A stretch of 63,486 nt of DNA, filler included. It is 4 parts of 4 records of this genome, joined end to end, with 100 filler letters (N's around TTAATTAATTAA, not from the genome) between each part and the next. Parts side by side here need not be neighbours in the genome. Positions count along the whole stretch, not along the records: positions 1 to 30,073 come from SRR20825019_1842; positions 30,174 to 40,758 come from SRR20825019_1845; 2 more parts are not named here. One strand, given 5' to 3'. Positions 23,661 through 34,184 of this stretch are shown here, piece after piece. Positions within the stretch are counted from its first letter, which is position 1, and each line of letters starts with the position of its first letter. Under the pieces are notes generated by a model. That model saw only the letters and a list, made by a program, of their open reading frames with translations, was not told where the DNA came from and did no database searches. Position numbers and translations under genes: made by a program.

Positions 23661-23684
23661 CAGTCATTGAATAATGCTAGAGCT

Positions 23685-24185
23685 TTAAGCCGTTTTCCGT
23701 TTGAAGAGCACTCGTTTTGCGGATGTTCCCAAAAGCGTGAACCCTGTAGGTATCGCTATAGCCCACTTGATGGACGCAAACGTAGATGCTACCATTATAG
23801 ATCCCCACCCAGCACTTGTCATGTCAGGAAGCATACTGTAGTGAACATAATTTTCAATTATGTCACAAGCACCAGCGGTGAGCGAGAGGCTGCAAAGGAC
23901 AGCACAGAGTGCGCTTCTGGTTTCCCCAAACAGTCGAATACTCCATGTAACAAACATTAGTGAGTACAGAACAGGATGGCACCAATAGTCGACAAGGAAA
24001 TGGTCGGTGAATCTCGAATACTCGCTAGGCCCCCAGTTCGATACAACGTCAAGAAACCGAGCCTTTGTAAACGCAGTTTGAATACCGATAATGTCCCTCT
24101 CCATGCCCCCTAACGTCATAATAATCCAGCCCTGTGAGGTACAAGCAGCTAGGAAAAAGAAGGGGAATAACTTTCCGAGGGTCAT
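23685..24185 (-). CDS. Intronless small multi-pass membrane protein of unknown function
   Basis: ~166 aa ORF with about four hydrophobic segments, plus QTAFT...W...HFLVDY and ACDIIEN motifs. Confidence 0.7.
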   Translation of the reverse strand: MTLGKLFPFFFLAACTSQGWIIMTLGGMERDIIGIQTAFTKARFLDVVSNWGPSEYSRFTDHFLVDYWCHPVLYSLMFVTWSIRLFGETRSALCAVLCSLSLTAGACDIIENYVHYSMLPDMTSAGWGSIMVASTFASIKWAIAIPTGFTLLGTSAKRVLFKRKTA

Positions 24186-24399
24186 TTCCAGAAGATCTGA
24201 CACTCTATTTGGATTGTCGACAACGTACCCTTATTTAACGTGGAAGCACTGTTCCGCCACCCCTTCCGGTGCCTGGGTTCAACTGCCTCTTCCTCTGCTT
24301 GCTTTCGGCCGGCCGGCTGCAACAGCCATCCCTTTGTTTTTAAACTCCTGTTTGGGGCTATGACCCGTGCAACTTGCCTTGTCGACTCTAGGTCAGACT

Positions 24400-25545
24400 A
24401 CCGGACGCGGGCCGAGTCCCCCGCCGGCCTAACTTCATCCGGGCGCGGTCCCCGTCAGCAGTGTTTGCGCAGCCGCCGTCCGGTCCCAAGGCGCGTGCCG
24501 GGCGCCCAAGGGTGCCAAACGCGGCCCGGCCGGCAAGACTCCCGGCGACGCAGCATGGCCTACTCAGATGCATTTTCGCCCCCCCGGATCGCCGCCGGCC
24601 CCGGCCCGCCGACCGGCGGCGGTCCCCGGGCCGGGCCAGCCGCAGCCCCGGCTCGCTGCTCCCAGCCCAACCACCAGCACTCCGAAGTCGGTGGCCCGGG
24701 CGCGGCACGCCGAGGAACCGCAAGTCAGTGGCGGGCCCCGTGATGGCGAGCATCTGCCGGCGGCGGCCCCCGCCGCCGAGGGGCGGGGTGCACTACGGCA
24801 GCCGCGTGGGGACCGGGCGGAGCGGCGTCCTGAGGCATTCTTGAGAGTCAGCCCCGCTCGCCGACACTCAGTCCGACCGCGGGCCGGGGCTTGAGAGTCC
24901 GATCGGCCGGGTCCGCGCCGCCGCGCCACATCCGGGAAAGTGCTCAGTGATCAAGCCCTCGCTCAGCCGCGGCCCAATGTTACGTGACCATCCTCGAGCC
25001 TTTCCATGAATTGGCGGGAGTTTATGCTCATCGATGGAAGTAAGTTCCCAAAATAGGTCGATCCTTGCCAATGTAAGGACAGGATACATGGCTAGGGATA
25101 GACTCTTTGGACGGGATACGTCTGATTTTTTGTTTCCTTCCCAAAAAATTCGACTCACATGTTCACCAAGAATCCCGAAAAATTCCATCGTTAGTCTACA
25201 CTGTGGGCTGCACTAAACCGACGGAAAGAAGAAGCGACGGTGCCGCGAAGGCCGGGCCGAGATACTTACACCAAAATTGAATTGCCCTAGATCCGCTCAC
25301 CGGATTTTTCGTGTTAGACCAGCAGAGATTGGGCGCGGGTGACCCTGCCAAACATCATCGGGAGCAGTTTGACCAGTTTAGGGCTGCGTTTCGACGGGGC
25401 GTGTTTGTTGGCGGGCCACGGGCCGCGCGGCCGGAGGCCGCTCAGCGGCCTTCTGAGATGCGTGAGCAGTGACAAGCGGCGGCTCCTGAACGCCGGTGAG
25501 CCCCCCCCGCCCCCGCCCGCCGGTCCCGTGCGGGCGATTCCGCTC
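24400..25545. promoter_or_regulatory. GC-rich islands (24400-24975 and 25400-25545) at membrane-protein / CCT divergent junction
   Basis: G/C-rich blocks between head-to-head genes. Confidence 0.55.
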
Positions 25546-25865
25546 AGCTCAAGCCGTCCACCGAAAACGATTTGTGGAATTCCTCCATGAAAGGATTCTT
25601 CCTGCGACGCACCATGTGCAAGGTGGATCCACCCGCAGATTTTTCTTCCAACCTCGGCCTGGAAGCGTTTGAGGTCATAGCAGTGGGCTGCTCCGATATC
25701 TCCTCGGCTTGCTGGCACCTTTGAGAAGGCATCACAAGCGCCAAGGACAAGTATTACAATATAGCAGCTCCCTCTTCAGTAAACACTTCATATTTATTTT
25801 CCTGCAGGATTTTTGCTATCTCTTCCGTCTTGATTTTAAGTAGTCAGTAGACTTGGAAGTTGGAT

Positions 25866-27297
25866 ATGGGTCCTGGAAGTGATTTAGCCGTGGACACGCA
25901 TAGCCCTGTGATATTTTCAAAACCCGTAGCAAGTGCCGGGCTGCGAACGACATCCTTTGACGAGAGCAGGAGGAAGTTGGATGCCCTTGTCAACGTAGCT
26001 GTTGTGGAGGAATATGAAAACAGAATGCAGCCAGTGGGTTGCCAGGTCGGTATTTACGTCCCTTGAATGGTTGACGCGTTGCTTACACCTTGTTCGATAG
26101 TCTCCTATGGATAACCGCGGTATGACCACCGCGCACTCCGGGAGTCGCCGCATTCAACCCTCCAAATTTGGTGGGCTCCCCCCTCGTACCCCTACGCCTA
26201 CACAAAGCCGGTTAGCAATGGATCCTATGAAAGCCAAGGTTCAATGCGCCGAAAGTAAGGCCGAGGCCAATCCTTTGAGAAGTAGTTTAGATATGATGGT
26301 GGTTGATAAGACTACTGGTGCGCCTGTCGAGTCGCCGGTAGAGGGGGGTGGGAGGACTTGCAACTTGTCTTGCGGCACGACGACACCGCCCCCCAAGTCT
26401 TTCGTACCTATTTGCTCTCCCATGAAAACCGAGGTTCCTGTTGTTGTCCCGAAGCCTAGCCAGCACGTGGTGCCCAAGCCTGTCCAAGCGTCAAGGTGGA
26501 CTATGTATGGACTGAACATGATGTCGCCGGTGTCTGGTGGGTCAGCGTCGGGGTTAGGGCTATCGGTGACTCCTCAGCCTGTGAATCGGAGGACGGAGTC
26601 ATCTCCAGGGGCATATGTGATGACTCCTATTCTTGATGCACAGCCATCCCCCTTTGGGCAGCAGCAGAGGGCCTTTTCGCAAGGCACTCCTAGAGTGACT
26701 GTGCCCTCGCCAACTGTGGATCTAACTGGATTGAGATGCCCTTCGCCCAGTCCCGTCGATTTGAGGTCTCCTTCTCCCAGCCAGGCCGCTTTTCTAAGCA
26801 TTGGTCATGCCGCTGCAGTTTCGGCAGCCACAAATGCATTAGACCAATTCCGCTCTGCGTTTCAGAGCGGCAAGCGGCTAAACATCCCCGCTGTTGTTCG
26901 TGCATCCACGCCAGTTCATATGGCGCCAAGCGCACCGTCACCATGCCAGTCACCAATGCCTGGTGGGGCGTCGTCCCCTGGCCCTTTCGCTAGTGCAGGT
27001 GCTTCTGGCATGGTGACCATGGCGCCAGTCGTACAAAGAGGTGGCGACAGGCAACTGAAGGTTCAGAAGTACTTGGCGAAGCGCCGCCAGCTGGCGCAGG
27101 TGAACCAGGCAAAGAAGCCCGAGAGAACTATCTCCAAGGTACGAAAGACAATTGCTCAGAGCCGACCAAGGTCAGGGGGGCGTTTTATTACCACCCCTGA
27201 CCCTGTGACATATTTCAAGCCAATTGATGACTCCCCAACCCCGATGGATGATCGGGACATTCCGGTATCCCAGCAGAACAGGCCGCAGAGCGTGTGA
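25866..27297 (+). CDS. CCT-domain (CONSTANS/CO-like/TOC1) protein with Ser/Pro-rich N-terminus
   Basis: C-terminal RQLKVQKYLAKRRQ...ISKVRKTIAQSRPRSGGRFI matches the CCT pattern. Probable first exon 25866-26045 and intron 26046-26100, in frame with ORF 26107-27297. Confidence 0.75.
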
Positions 27298-27532
27298 AGT
27301 GCATAATTGGCATCTTCGTTGTTTTTTATGCCTTGGGCCACATAGATTGGAACACTACGGTGCAAACGCGCCGCCAGTTTCTATCGACATGGACAATGCA
27401 CAGAAATAGGATTTCTTTGCATATGAATTCCATGTTTATGATCTCAGTGACTTTCACTTCAGTTGCGTGTATCGCTTCTTCGTCTAACTGAGTGGAATAA
27501 AATCTTACTCAGTTTTGTTTTAATGTTTTCAT

Positions 27533-29040
27533 TTACTTGATGGATCCATTCTTCAGACTGCAGGTGCAGTTTCCTGCCTCGGTCTTGAATGGCGCATCCT
27601 TGTAATAGGCAACTCCATCGGCCTTGGTGTGAAGGTCAGGTTGCACAGCCTCGAAAATCTTTTTCTTAGGATTGAGCTGGGACTCTGGCTCTCCAGGATA
27701 ACCGTCGAAGGTGATACGTGCGCCGATAGGGGCACCCTCAGGGGGGCTCACGAGCTCCACACTGGAAGATAGAGCATTAGTTGCAACACAGTTCAACGCT
27801 CAACTCCGTCCATACACTGTGTGGTCGGCGTTGGATGCAGCCAGAACCATAGCCTCGGACCGGACTCCGCGCATATTTGCGGGCTTTAAGTTGCACAAAA
27901 CAACTACACGGCGGTTCTGCGGACCAGTCAACGGGAATTCCCCACATCAAACAGTGCAAGTCATACCTCCATCTGCTCAATAGGAATAAATTTCACCAAG
28001 CCAGAGCACACTGAGCGTGGCTTCTCCTCGCCAATGTCGATCTCCTCGCAATAGAGCGAGTCTGCTTCGGGATGCTTCCACACCTTCTTGATCTGACCAA
28101 CGCGAATATTCAATTTTGAGGCAGGATGGGCATCATCTGCTGCCGCCGCGGCGCCCTTTCCTCCCTTCTCCTTTTTCTCCTTGCCCTTCTTGTCGTCTCC
28201 CTTCTTCTCTTCTCCTTTCTTTTTGTCATCTAAAGTCTTCCGGTCAGCACAGGCGCCCCATCAGGACAACAGACACACACCTCCGCCTTTCTTCCCATCA
28301 GGCTTCTTCGCGTCTGCATCTGACAAATTGGTTGGTTCAGTTGCACGTGAGATACCTGGCCATAAACAAACCTTTTCCCTTCCCGGCCTTGGCAGCTTCT
28401 TTTTCAGCCTTGGCAGCCTGCTGGGCCTTCACATAGTCCTCTGGCACATATGTGTGCTTGATGTGGACCAAACCAAGCGCGCTAACCTTGCCGGCCACCG
28501 AAGGAAGCCTCTGAACATGAACAAGCCACCTGGTTACGGCGCATGCATAGAACTTCTGATAGTCACTGAAACGAGACTAGAAAGACGCCGTCAAGAAACA
28601 GATCAAAGACACCACATAGCAGCAATACATACCACAACAGGGTGCGCATGGGCAAAGCAAACGAGGTCAGCCGCAGTGAGACGGTGAGAAACGAGGTAGG
28701 TAAGGGGCAACAAGGAGTGGTTCAGCTTATCAATATCAAAGCGGTTGCAAAAGGTAAACCACTGGCTAACATCGGCTTTCTCAGCAGGGTTTGAACCCAT
28801 CAAGCTTTCGTTGTCGTGAAGCAAAGCCTGCGCAATAGCAAAAGTTCCAGTTATAGGCCCCTCCGCACTAACTAGAACAGGAGCGTCCGCCTAACGTGCA
28901 AGTCAGCTCAGGAATGCGGAACGTAGTGCCGAACATACATGGCCATCGTTGACAACCTTCGCCTTATCTCCACTTGCTGAGTTGAGAAGCAAGCACGCGT
29001 TCGAGGCGTCGGAACTGTTCACGTGAAGTGTCAAAGACAT
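27533..29040 (-). CDS. Arc1p/AIMP1-like aminoacyl-tRNA synthetase cofactor (GST-like N-domain + EMAPII tRNA-binding domain), multi-exon
   Basis: EKADVSQW...[13 protein letters not shown] (GST-C-like), Lys-rich linker, then [44 protein letters not shown] and [19 protein letters not shown]. Confidence 0.88.
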
Positions 29041-29299
29041 TTGGTATGTGAAGAATTTAATTTTTTTCCCAGTCCTCACATATAGCTGAAGATCAGGGGC
29101 TGTATCCGCCACGGGGGGCGGTATTGTTGGCGCTTGCTGCTGTCTCTGGCCATAGATCGCCCTCCTGACAGAGCGCGAGAGCCTAGCCGCATGGAGGGTA
29201 TTGTTGCCCTTCCGCGTGCTCCTTGATCCTAGGTGGGCACCGGTCGGGTGTTGTACCATCGACAGGAACGTCAACCGACCAACGAACGACACTGGCGTG

Positions 29300-30073
29300 G
29301 GTCCGGCCGCTGACCTGACAGCCCGGCGGCACCCCGACGTGGACACCCGGGCTCCTATCATCATCGTCCCTGCGTGGCGGCGCCCCGCGACTATCGTGCC
29401 GCCTGCTGGGCCGTGGCAACCGGACGGCCGGGGCTTGAGCCCCGGCCCGTGGGGACGATGACTGATGAGATGATTGCCCTGTCCGGAGGCCAGCCGCGGG
29501 CCGCCCGGGCTGTCCCCCACTGCCTGAATGCCCGTGGTGGTAGGGCACCCGCCCGCCGCCGGGCGGGGCCGCTCCGGGCCTGCCCCGGCGGCCGCGTGGC
29601 CTGCAGTCGGCGGCTGGCCTTGCAAGCCGCTCGCCGCGGCCGGGTCGTTGCCGGTGGGGCCCGGGCCGGGTGCCACTCGCCGCCGGGCAGGCGCGTGACC
29701 GCCCCGGCCGTAACCGGGGGGCCCGGCTGCCGGCCCGGCCGTCACTGGCCCGGGTGCCGCCTCGTGCGGACCGATGGAGTCGGCCGCCGCCGGGCCTTGC
29801 GGTGGCGCGGGCCGGCGGCCGCGTCGGCCGCCGGTCAGTGCGGCGGCCGCCGACGGCCGGGCCGGGTCCGGGCGGGGGGCCCGCGGCCTCGCATTGTTAC
29901 GGTACTGATGGGCGCGATCGCCCGGACTGCACAAAGTTGCCGTGCCCCTCCTCAAGTAGATTCGCAACGAGATCAATTCTGGCATTGTTGAAGGGGGCAG
30001 CCCCCGCGCATGGGCCGCGTCCCGGGCCGGCGCCGTCATGCGCCGTCGGGGCATCCCTGCCCCCCGCCCGCCC
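29300..30073. promoter_or_regulatory. GC-rich island upstream of Arc1-like gene (runs to contig end)
   Basis: Near-pure G/C. The contig breaks inside it. Confidence 0.6.
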
Positions 30074-30173
30074 NNNNNNNNNNNNNNNNNNNNNNNNNNN
30101 NNNNNNNNNNNNNNNNNTTAATTAATTAANNNNNNNNNNNNNNNNNNNNNNNNNNNNNNNNNNNNNNNNNNNN
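30074..30173. other. Artificial contig junction (N-run + TTAATTAATTAA linker)
   Basis: Ns flank a six-frame stop linker. The identical structure recurs at 40759-40858 and 57016-57115. Confidence 0.99.
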
Positions 30174-30174
30174 C

Positions 30175-30234
30175 GCCGCCAAGGCCGCCGAGCCCTCTGA
30201 CGACGATGATGACGATATGGGAGGTCTCTTCTAA
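30175..30234 (+). CDS. 3' end of 60S acidic ribosomal stalk protein (P0/P1/P2), partial
   Basis: AAKAAEPSDDDDDDMGGLF*: Ala hinge, acidic run and MGGLF terminus like kinetoplastid P0. Confidence 0.8.
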   Translation, partial: AAKAAEPSDDDDDDMGGLF

Positions 30235-30346
30235 ATCAACGAATCCGTTACTATTTAGTTTTAAGTTGTTGTTAAAGCCTATGTATCATGTATTACTGTG
30301 TGTTGCTGTTTTTTCACACTTCTGTATGTTTCCCCCATTAGTTATC

Positions 30347-31078
30347 ATGTCCGTTCCTGCTGCTGTTGCCCCCCGGCCGGTGCTTAGCATCTTTGATTTC
30401 GACGGTACCTTGTTCCGCAGCCCATCCCCATCGGAGGCTGTGAAGGCCAAGTACGGGCCGGACATCACCATGCCTGTATTTGCTGGTGGGATGGGTTGGT
30501 TCCAGAATGTTGAGACGTTGGCCGCACCGTACGTGCCCGAGAAGATTGCCCTGAACGATGACACGTGGTTCATCCCCGCCACTGTGGAGGCGTACCTCGC
30601 CGCCAAAAAGGATGGCCACATTACAGCCATCCTCACCGGTCGGGAGGAGTACTTCCGTAAACGTATCACCCAGCTCACCACCGACGCCGGAATGAAGTTT
30701 GATCACATCTTCCTCAAGCCCGACGCCAAGGGTGGAACCGTTGCCTTTAAGCTCGATGTGTTTGCTGAGATGATCGCCAAGTACCAGCCATCCCAGATTG
30801 TGTACTACGAGGACAGGGAGGAGCAGGGGCATAAGATTCAAGAGGCATACAACCTGCTCAAGGAGGGAAAGAAGCCCCACCCCCGCAACGCCGCCCTCTC
30901 CCCTACTCTAATTCCCTTTGCGCAAAATTTCACAATGGTGATGATCCCCGACAAGGACAAGCCCTTCGCCCCAGAGGTCGAAGCCGAGGTACTTGCTCGT
31001 ATTTTGAAGTCGGTGGAGAACTTCAACCGCCGCCGCAACATCAACACACGCAACGGGCCTGATAACAGCAGGAGATGA
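30347..31078 (+). CDS. HAD-superfamily phosphatase (Swiss-Army-Knife RNA-repair-like HAD type)
   Basis: IFDFDGTLFRSP, GWF, LTGR, FLKP, T..FK and YEDR motifs. Confidence 0.75.
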   Translation: MSVPAAVAPRPVLSIFDFDGTLFRSPSPSEAVKAKYGPDITMPVFAGGMGWFQNVETLAAPYVPEKIALNDDTWFIPATVEAYLAAKKDGHITAILTGREEYFRKRITQLTTDAGMKFDHIFLKPDAKGGTVAFKLDVFAEMIAKYQPSQIVYYEDREEQGHKIQEAYNLLKEGKKPHPRNAALSPTLIPFAQNFTMVMIPDKDKPFAPEVEAEVLARILKSVENFNRRRNINTRNGPDNSRR

Positions 31079-31240
31079 TACGATTATGTATATAACCTAG
31101 CACTAATATTAAGGGAACTACTTTATGATATATGTATGCAGTACGGGATAGATGAACTTGACTTGATAGTTGTGGAACAGTGTATAGGATGAAGGATTAC
31201 GGTACTGACTTTCCCCCCAAATTTTAAAGTTCAAGTCCCA

Positions 31241-32389
31241 ATGACAGCTGTTGAAACTAAGAGCACCAAGATTCCCTTCTTGGCCGTCAAGCCGCAGGTG
31301 ATGGTGCTGTACGTGGGAGGTACACTGGGAATGGTGCCCAACGAGAAGGGCTCGCTGGACGTCAAGAAGGGATACCTCACAACCCAGATGAATGAGATGG
31401 CCGAGCTTAAGGCTCCAGGCATGCCCGACTTTACCATCAAGGAGTACTCCACCCTAAAGGACAGTAGTGATATGGGTATGAAGGATTGGATCATGATGGC
31501 CAAGGATATCCGTGACCACTACGATGATGTCTCTGGATTTGTCATCTGCCATGGTACTGACACGATGCACTTCACTGCCACCGCCCTGAGCTTTATGTTG
31601 GAGAATCTAGCCAAACCGGTGATTGTCACTGGTGCTATGGTGCCCTTCAACCAGGCCTACAATGACGCAAGGAATAATATTATTGTGGCCCTTAAGTTTG
31701 CTGCATCCAACGAACTGTCTGAGGTATGCCTATTCTCCAACGACCGCCTTCTCAGAGGCAACAGGGCAGTGAAGGCTAGGGTAACCATGTCCAGCTTTGA
31801 AAGCCCCAACTATCCCCCCCTGGCACTCGTAAATGCTGAGAAGCTTGAGCTAAAGAGGGAGCTGCTCAGGCCCCAGCCCCATGGCACCTTTAGGTCTATT
31901 TACAACCTCAGAGATGTAAACGTTGTGCGCATGATGATAACTACTGGTTTCGATCTACTGGAATTCGAAAGCCTCGTTGCAAGGCACATGCAAGAGAAGC
32001 AACTCGAGCGGTCAACTGAGAAGGTAATCGACTGTGTGGTGTTTGAGATTATCGACAATGTGAGGGTTGGTAACTCCTTTACAAAGATGCTTTCGTATGT
32101 AGTAAAGCTTGCCGACGATGCTGGTATTGTGGTGGTGGTCAACAGCTACGACATCCATGGAACCCTACCCCGCACGGCTATGCGGATCATCAATCAGGCA
32201 TGCCCCAACGTAGTGTTCATCGGTGACATGCTAACGGAGACTGCTGTAGTCAAGGCAATCTACCTATTTGGGCGGGGGGAGACCCCCAACAATGTGCGCA
32301 AGTTTATGTGCCAGGACCTCAGGGGTGAGCTCACCGACGACGACAGTCACACCCGTCTGTTGGATGTGAGCGCTATCAGTAAATTGTAA
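31241..32389 (+). CDS. L-asparaginase type I, ending in PTS1 -SKL
   Basis: YVGGTLGM, DSSDM, HGTDTM, KPVIVTG, LRGNR and FESPNYPPLA motifs. Confidence 0.9.
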   Translation: MTAVETKSTKIPFLAVKPQVMVLYVGGTLGMVPNEKGSLDVKKGYLTTQMNEMAELKAPGMPDFTIKEYSTLKDSSDMGMKDWIMMAKDIRDHYDDVSGFVICHGTDTMHFTATALSFMLENLAKPVIVTGAMVPFNQAYNDARNNIIVALKFAASNELSEVCLFSNDRLLRGNRAVKARVTMSSFESPNYPPLALVNAEKLELKRELLRPQPHGTFRSIYNLRDVNVVRMMITTGFDLLEFESLVARHMQEKQLERSTEKVIDCVVFEIIDNVRVGNSFTKMLSYVVKLADDAGIVVVVNSYDIHGTLPRTAMRIINQACPNVVFIGDMLTETAVVKAIYLFGRGETPNNVRKFMCQDLRGELTDDDSHTRLLDVSAISKL

Positions 32390-32486
32390 TGTATTCCAGT
32401 GTTTTATAGACTATGGTGTATTATAATGTAATATGTTTGCTGTCTTGCAATGTTTCTTCTCTCTTCAAATTCATTTTATAGCCATC

Positions 32487-34076
32487 ATGGCGAGATCGAA
32501 TCCGCCCTCACTGGTGGTGGATGAGAGTCCCCAAGACAATGCGGTTGAAGCCCGTAGCCGTACCTTTGGCATTGCTAGCTTTCCAGGTGCGAGAATTATA
32601 GGCGAGATGTGGCATGGGGATGAGGGCGAGGAGAAGGACTCCAACTCTCTATTTACACTTTGCGTCCAGGTGATAGTGATGTCCCTTCCTACTAGTATTG
32701 GCAATATACTAATGTTCAGCATCCAGTCCATCACCGCCTCCTTTGTGGGGAGGAGGTTGGGCTCCGACGCATTCGCCCACTTCATGATTGGAGTGTCGGT
32801 GTTTAACATATTCGGCCTGTCCATTGGAAGCGGGTTGGTGTCTGCCCTCGATACCCTCGTATCACAGTCATTTGGTAGAAATAAACAGAACTCCCCAGAG
32901 ATCGGTGACTACCTCCAACGGGCCTCGTTGGTCAATTGTATTCTGATGGTCCCCTTGGGATTCCTGTTCATGTACGGAAAGCCGCTGTGGATGGTCGCCT
33001 TTGGAACTGATGGCGGTACTGGGGCAGCTATATTCACTGAGAATGCTATCCCATACCTATTTATTGCGTTGATGACGTCGACATTGAGTAGAGTGCTAGC
33101 CGCCATCAACGAGCCTCTACTGCCTATGTACGTCAATGGGGCCACGGCAGTAGCCTGCTTCCTATTCAACTACTATTACACCTACGACGACATCCTCTCA
33201 GCCGTCCACGTTCTTACTGCTACCTTCACTGTAAACCTAGTGCTCATGGTGGCTATGTACGTATTCCACCCCCGCATTACGTTTTGGAAGCGTTGTGCGT
33301 GGCCCTCCACAAAGCTGCTCAACAGGGGCGGTATGGAGGAGTACTTCAGGATCGGTATCCCCTCGTTGATTAGCGTTATTGCCGAGTGGTGGGCCTTCGA
33401 GGTACTGCAGATCATCGCCGCCAACATTGGGATGAGGCAAGTGGCCGAGTTGAATATTATAACCGCCGTCAGTATGATGATGTTCAGTGTGGCCCTTGGA
33501 GTCAGCGTTGCGGCCTCTGTTCGAATTGGAAACGCATTGGGTGAAAACAAACCAACACTGGCACGGCGATTTGCACTGGCTTCGTTTGTTGTTGATCAGG
33601 GGTTTAACCTCTTGGACGTTGTGTTTGTTATCCTCCTCCGCCGGCCCATCGCGGCATTATTTACCAATGAGGAGGCGCTGCAGGAGGAGTTTGCGTGGTT
33701 GGCATTCCTGTTAGGGGTGCACCACTGGGGGGACTCCACACAGTTTCTATTCCAGGGCATCTTCAGGGGGGCGGGTATGCAGTCCCAGGCCGTCAGGGCC
33801 GTGCTGCTATCTTTGTGGATGGTGGGACTGCCGCTTTGTGTTTTATTTGCCAAGGTGCTGCATATGGGCACAGCAGGCATCATGTTGGGGGTAATCGTTG
33901 GGTTCTGCGTCGAGCTCCCCCTGCTTTACCGTAGCTTCCGTACATGGGACTGGAAGGCGATGGCACAGACCGCCTCTAAGGAGGAGGTGCGGATGGAGGA
34001 CGCAACTGTCCTCACCGACAGTGAGTACGACCATGAGGAGGATGTTTCTAACAGGCCCCTCGTCATTGCAACATAA
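32487..34076 (+). CDS. MATE-family transporter
   Basis: About 12 TM segments; ALDTLVSQSFG, EWWAFE, ASVRIGNALG, QGIFRGAG. Confidence 0.93.
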   Translation: MARSNPPSLVVDESPQDNAVEARSRTFGIASFPGARIIGEMWHGDEGEEKDSNSLFTLCVQVIVMSLPTSIGNILMFSIQSITASFVGRRLGSDAFAHFMIGVSVFNIFGLSIGSGLVSALDTLVSQSFGRNKQNSPEIGDYLQRASLVNCILMVPLGFLFMYGKPLWMVAFGTDGGTGAAIFTENAIPYLFIALMTSTLSRVLAAINEPLLPMYVNGATAVACFLFNYYYTYDDILSAVHVLTATFTVNLVLMVAMYVFHPRITFWKRCAWPSTKLLNRGGMEEYFRIGIPSLISVIAEWWAFEVLQIIAANIGMRQVAELNIITAVSMMMFSVALGVSVAASVRIGNALGENKPTLARRFALASFVVDQGFNLLDVVFVILLRRPIAALFTNEEALQEEFAWLAFLLGVHHWGDSTQFLFQGIFRGAGMQSQAVRAVLLSLWMVGLPLCVLFAKVLHMGTAGIMLGVIVGFCVELPLLYRSFRTWDWKAMAQTASKEEVRMEDATVLTDSEYDHEEDVSNRPLVIAT

Positions 34077-34184
34077 TGCTAATACAACAACACGTTTATT
34101 TGAATTCAGTGACTCTATTTTATATACGTATTACTGAGTTTTTAATTTTATTATCCCCTCCCCATACATCATTTTAAAAGATCA

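Noticed and set aside
27471-27500. ATCGCTTCT resembling the 5' end of U2 snRNA
   Set aside because: The match stops after 9 nt and there is no GTAGTA branch-pairing sequence.
6551-30125. Many Pro/Gly/Ala/Arg-rich ORFs over the GC islands (e.g. 6907-7398, 10419-11018, 28903-30054)
   Set aside because: They are open in several frames only because stop codons are rare in G/C DNA. No domains are recognisable.
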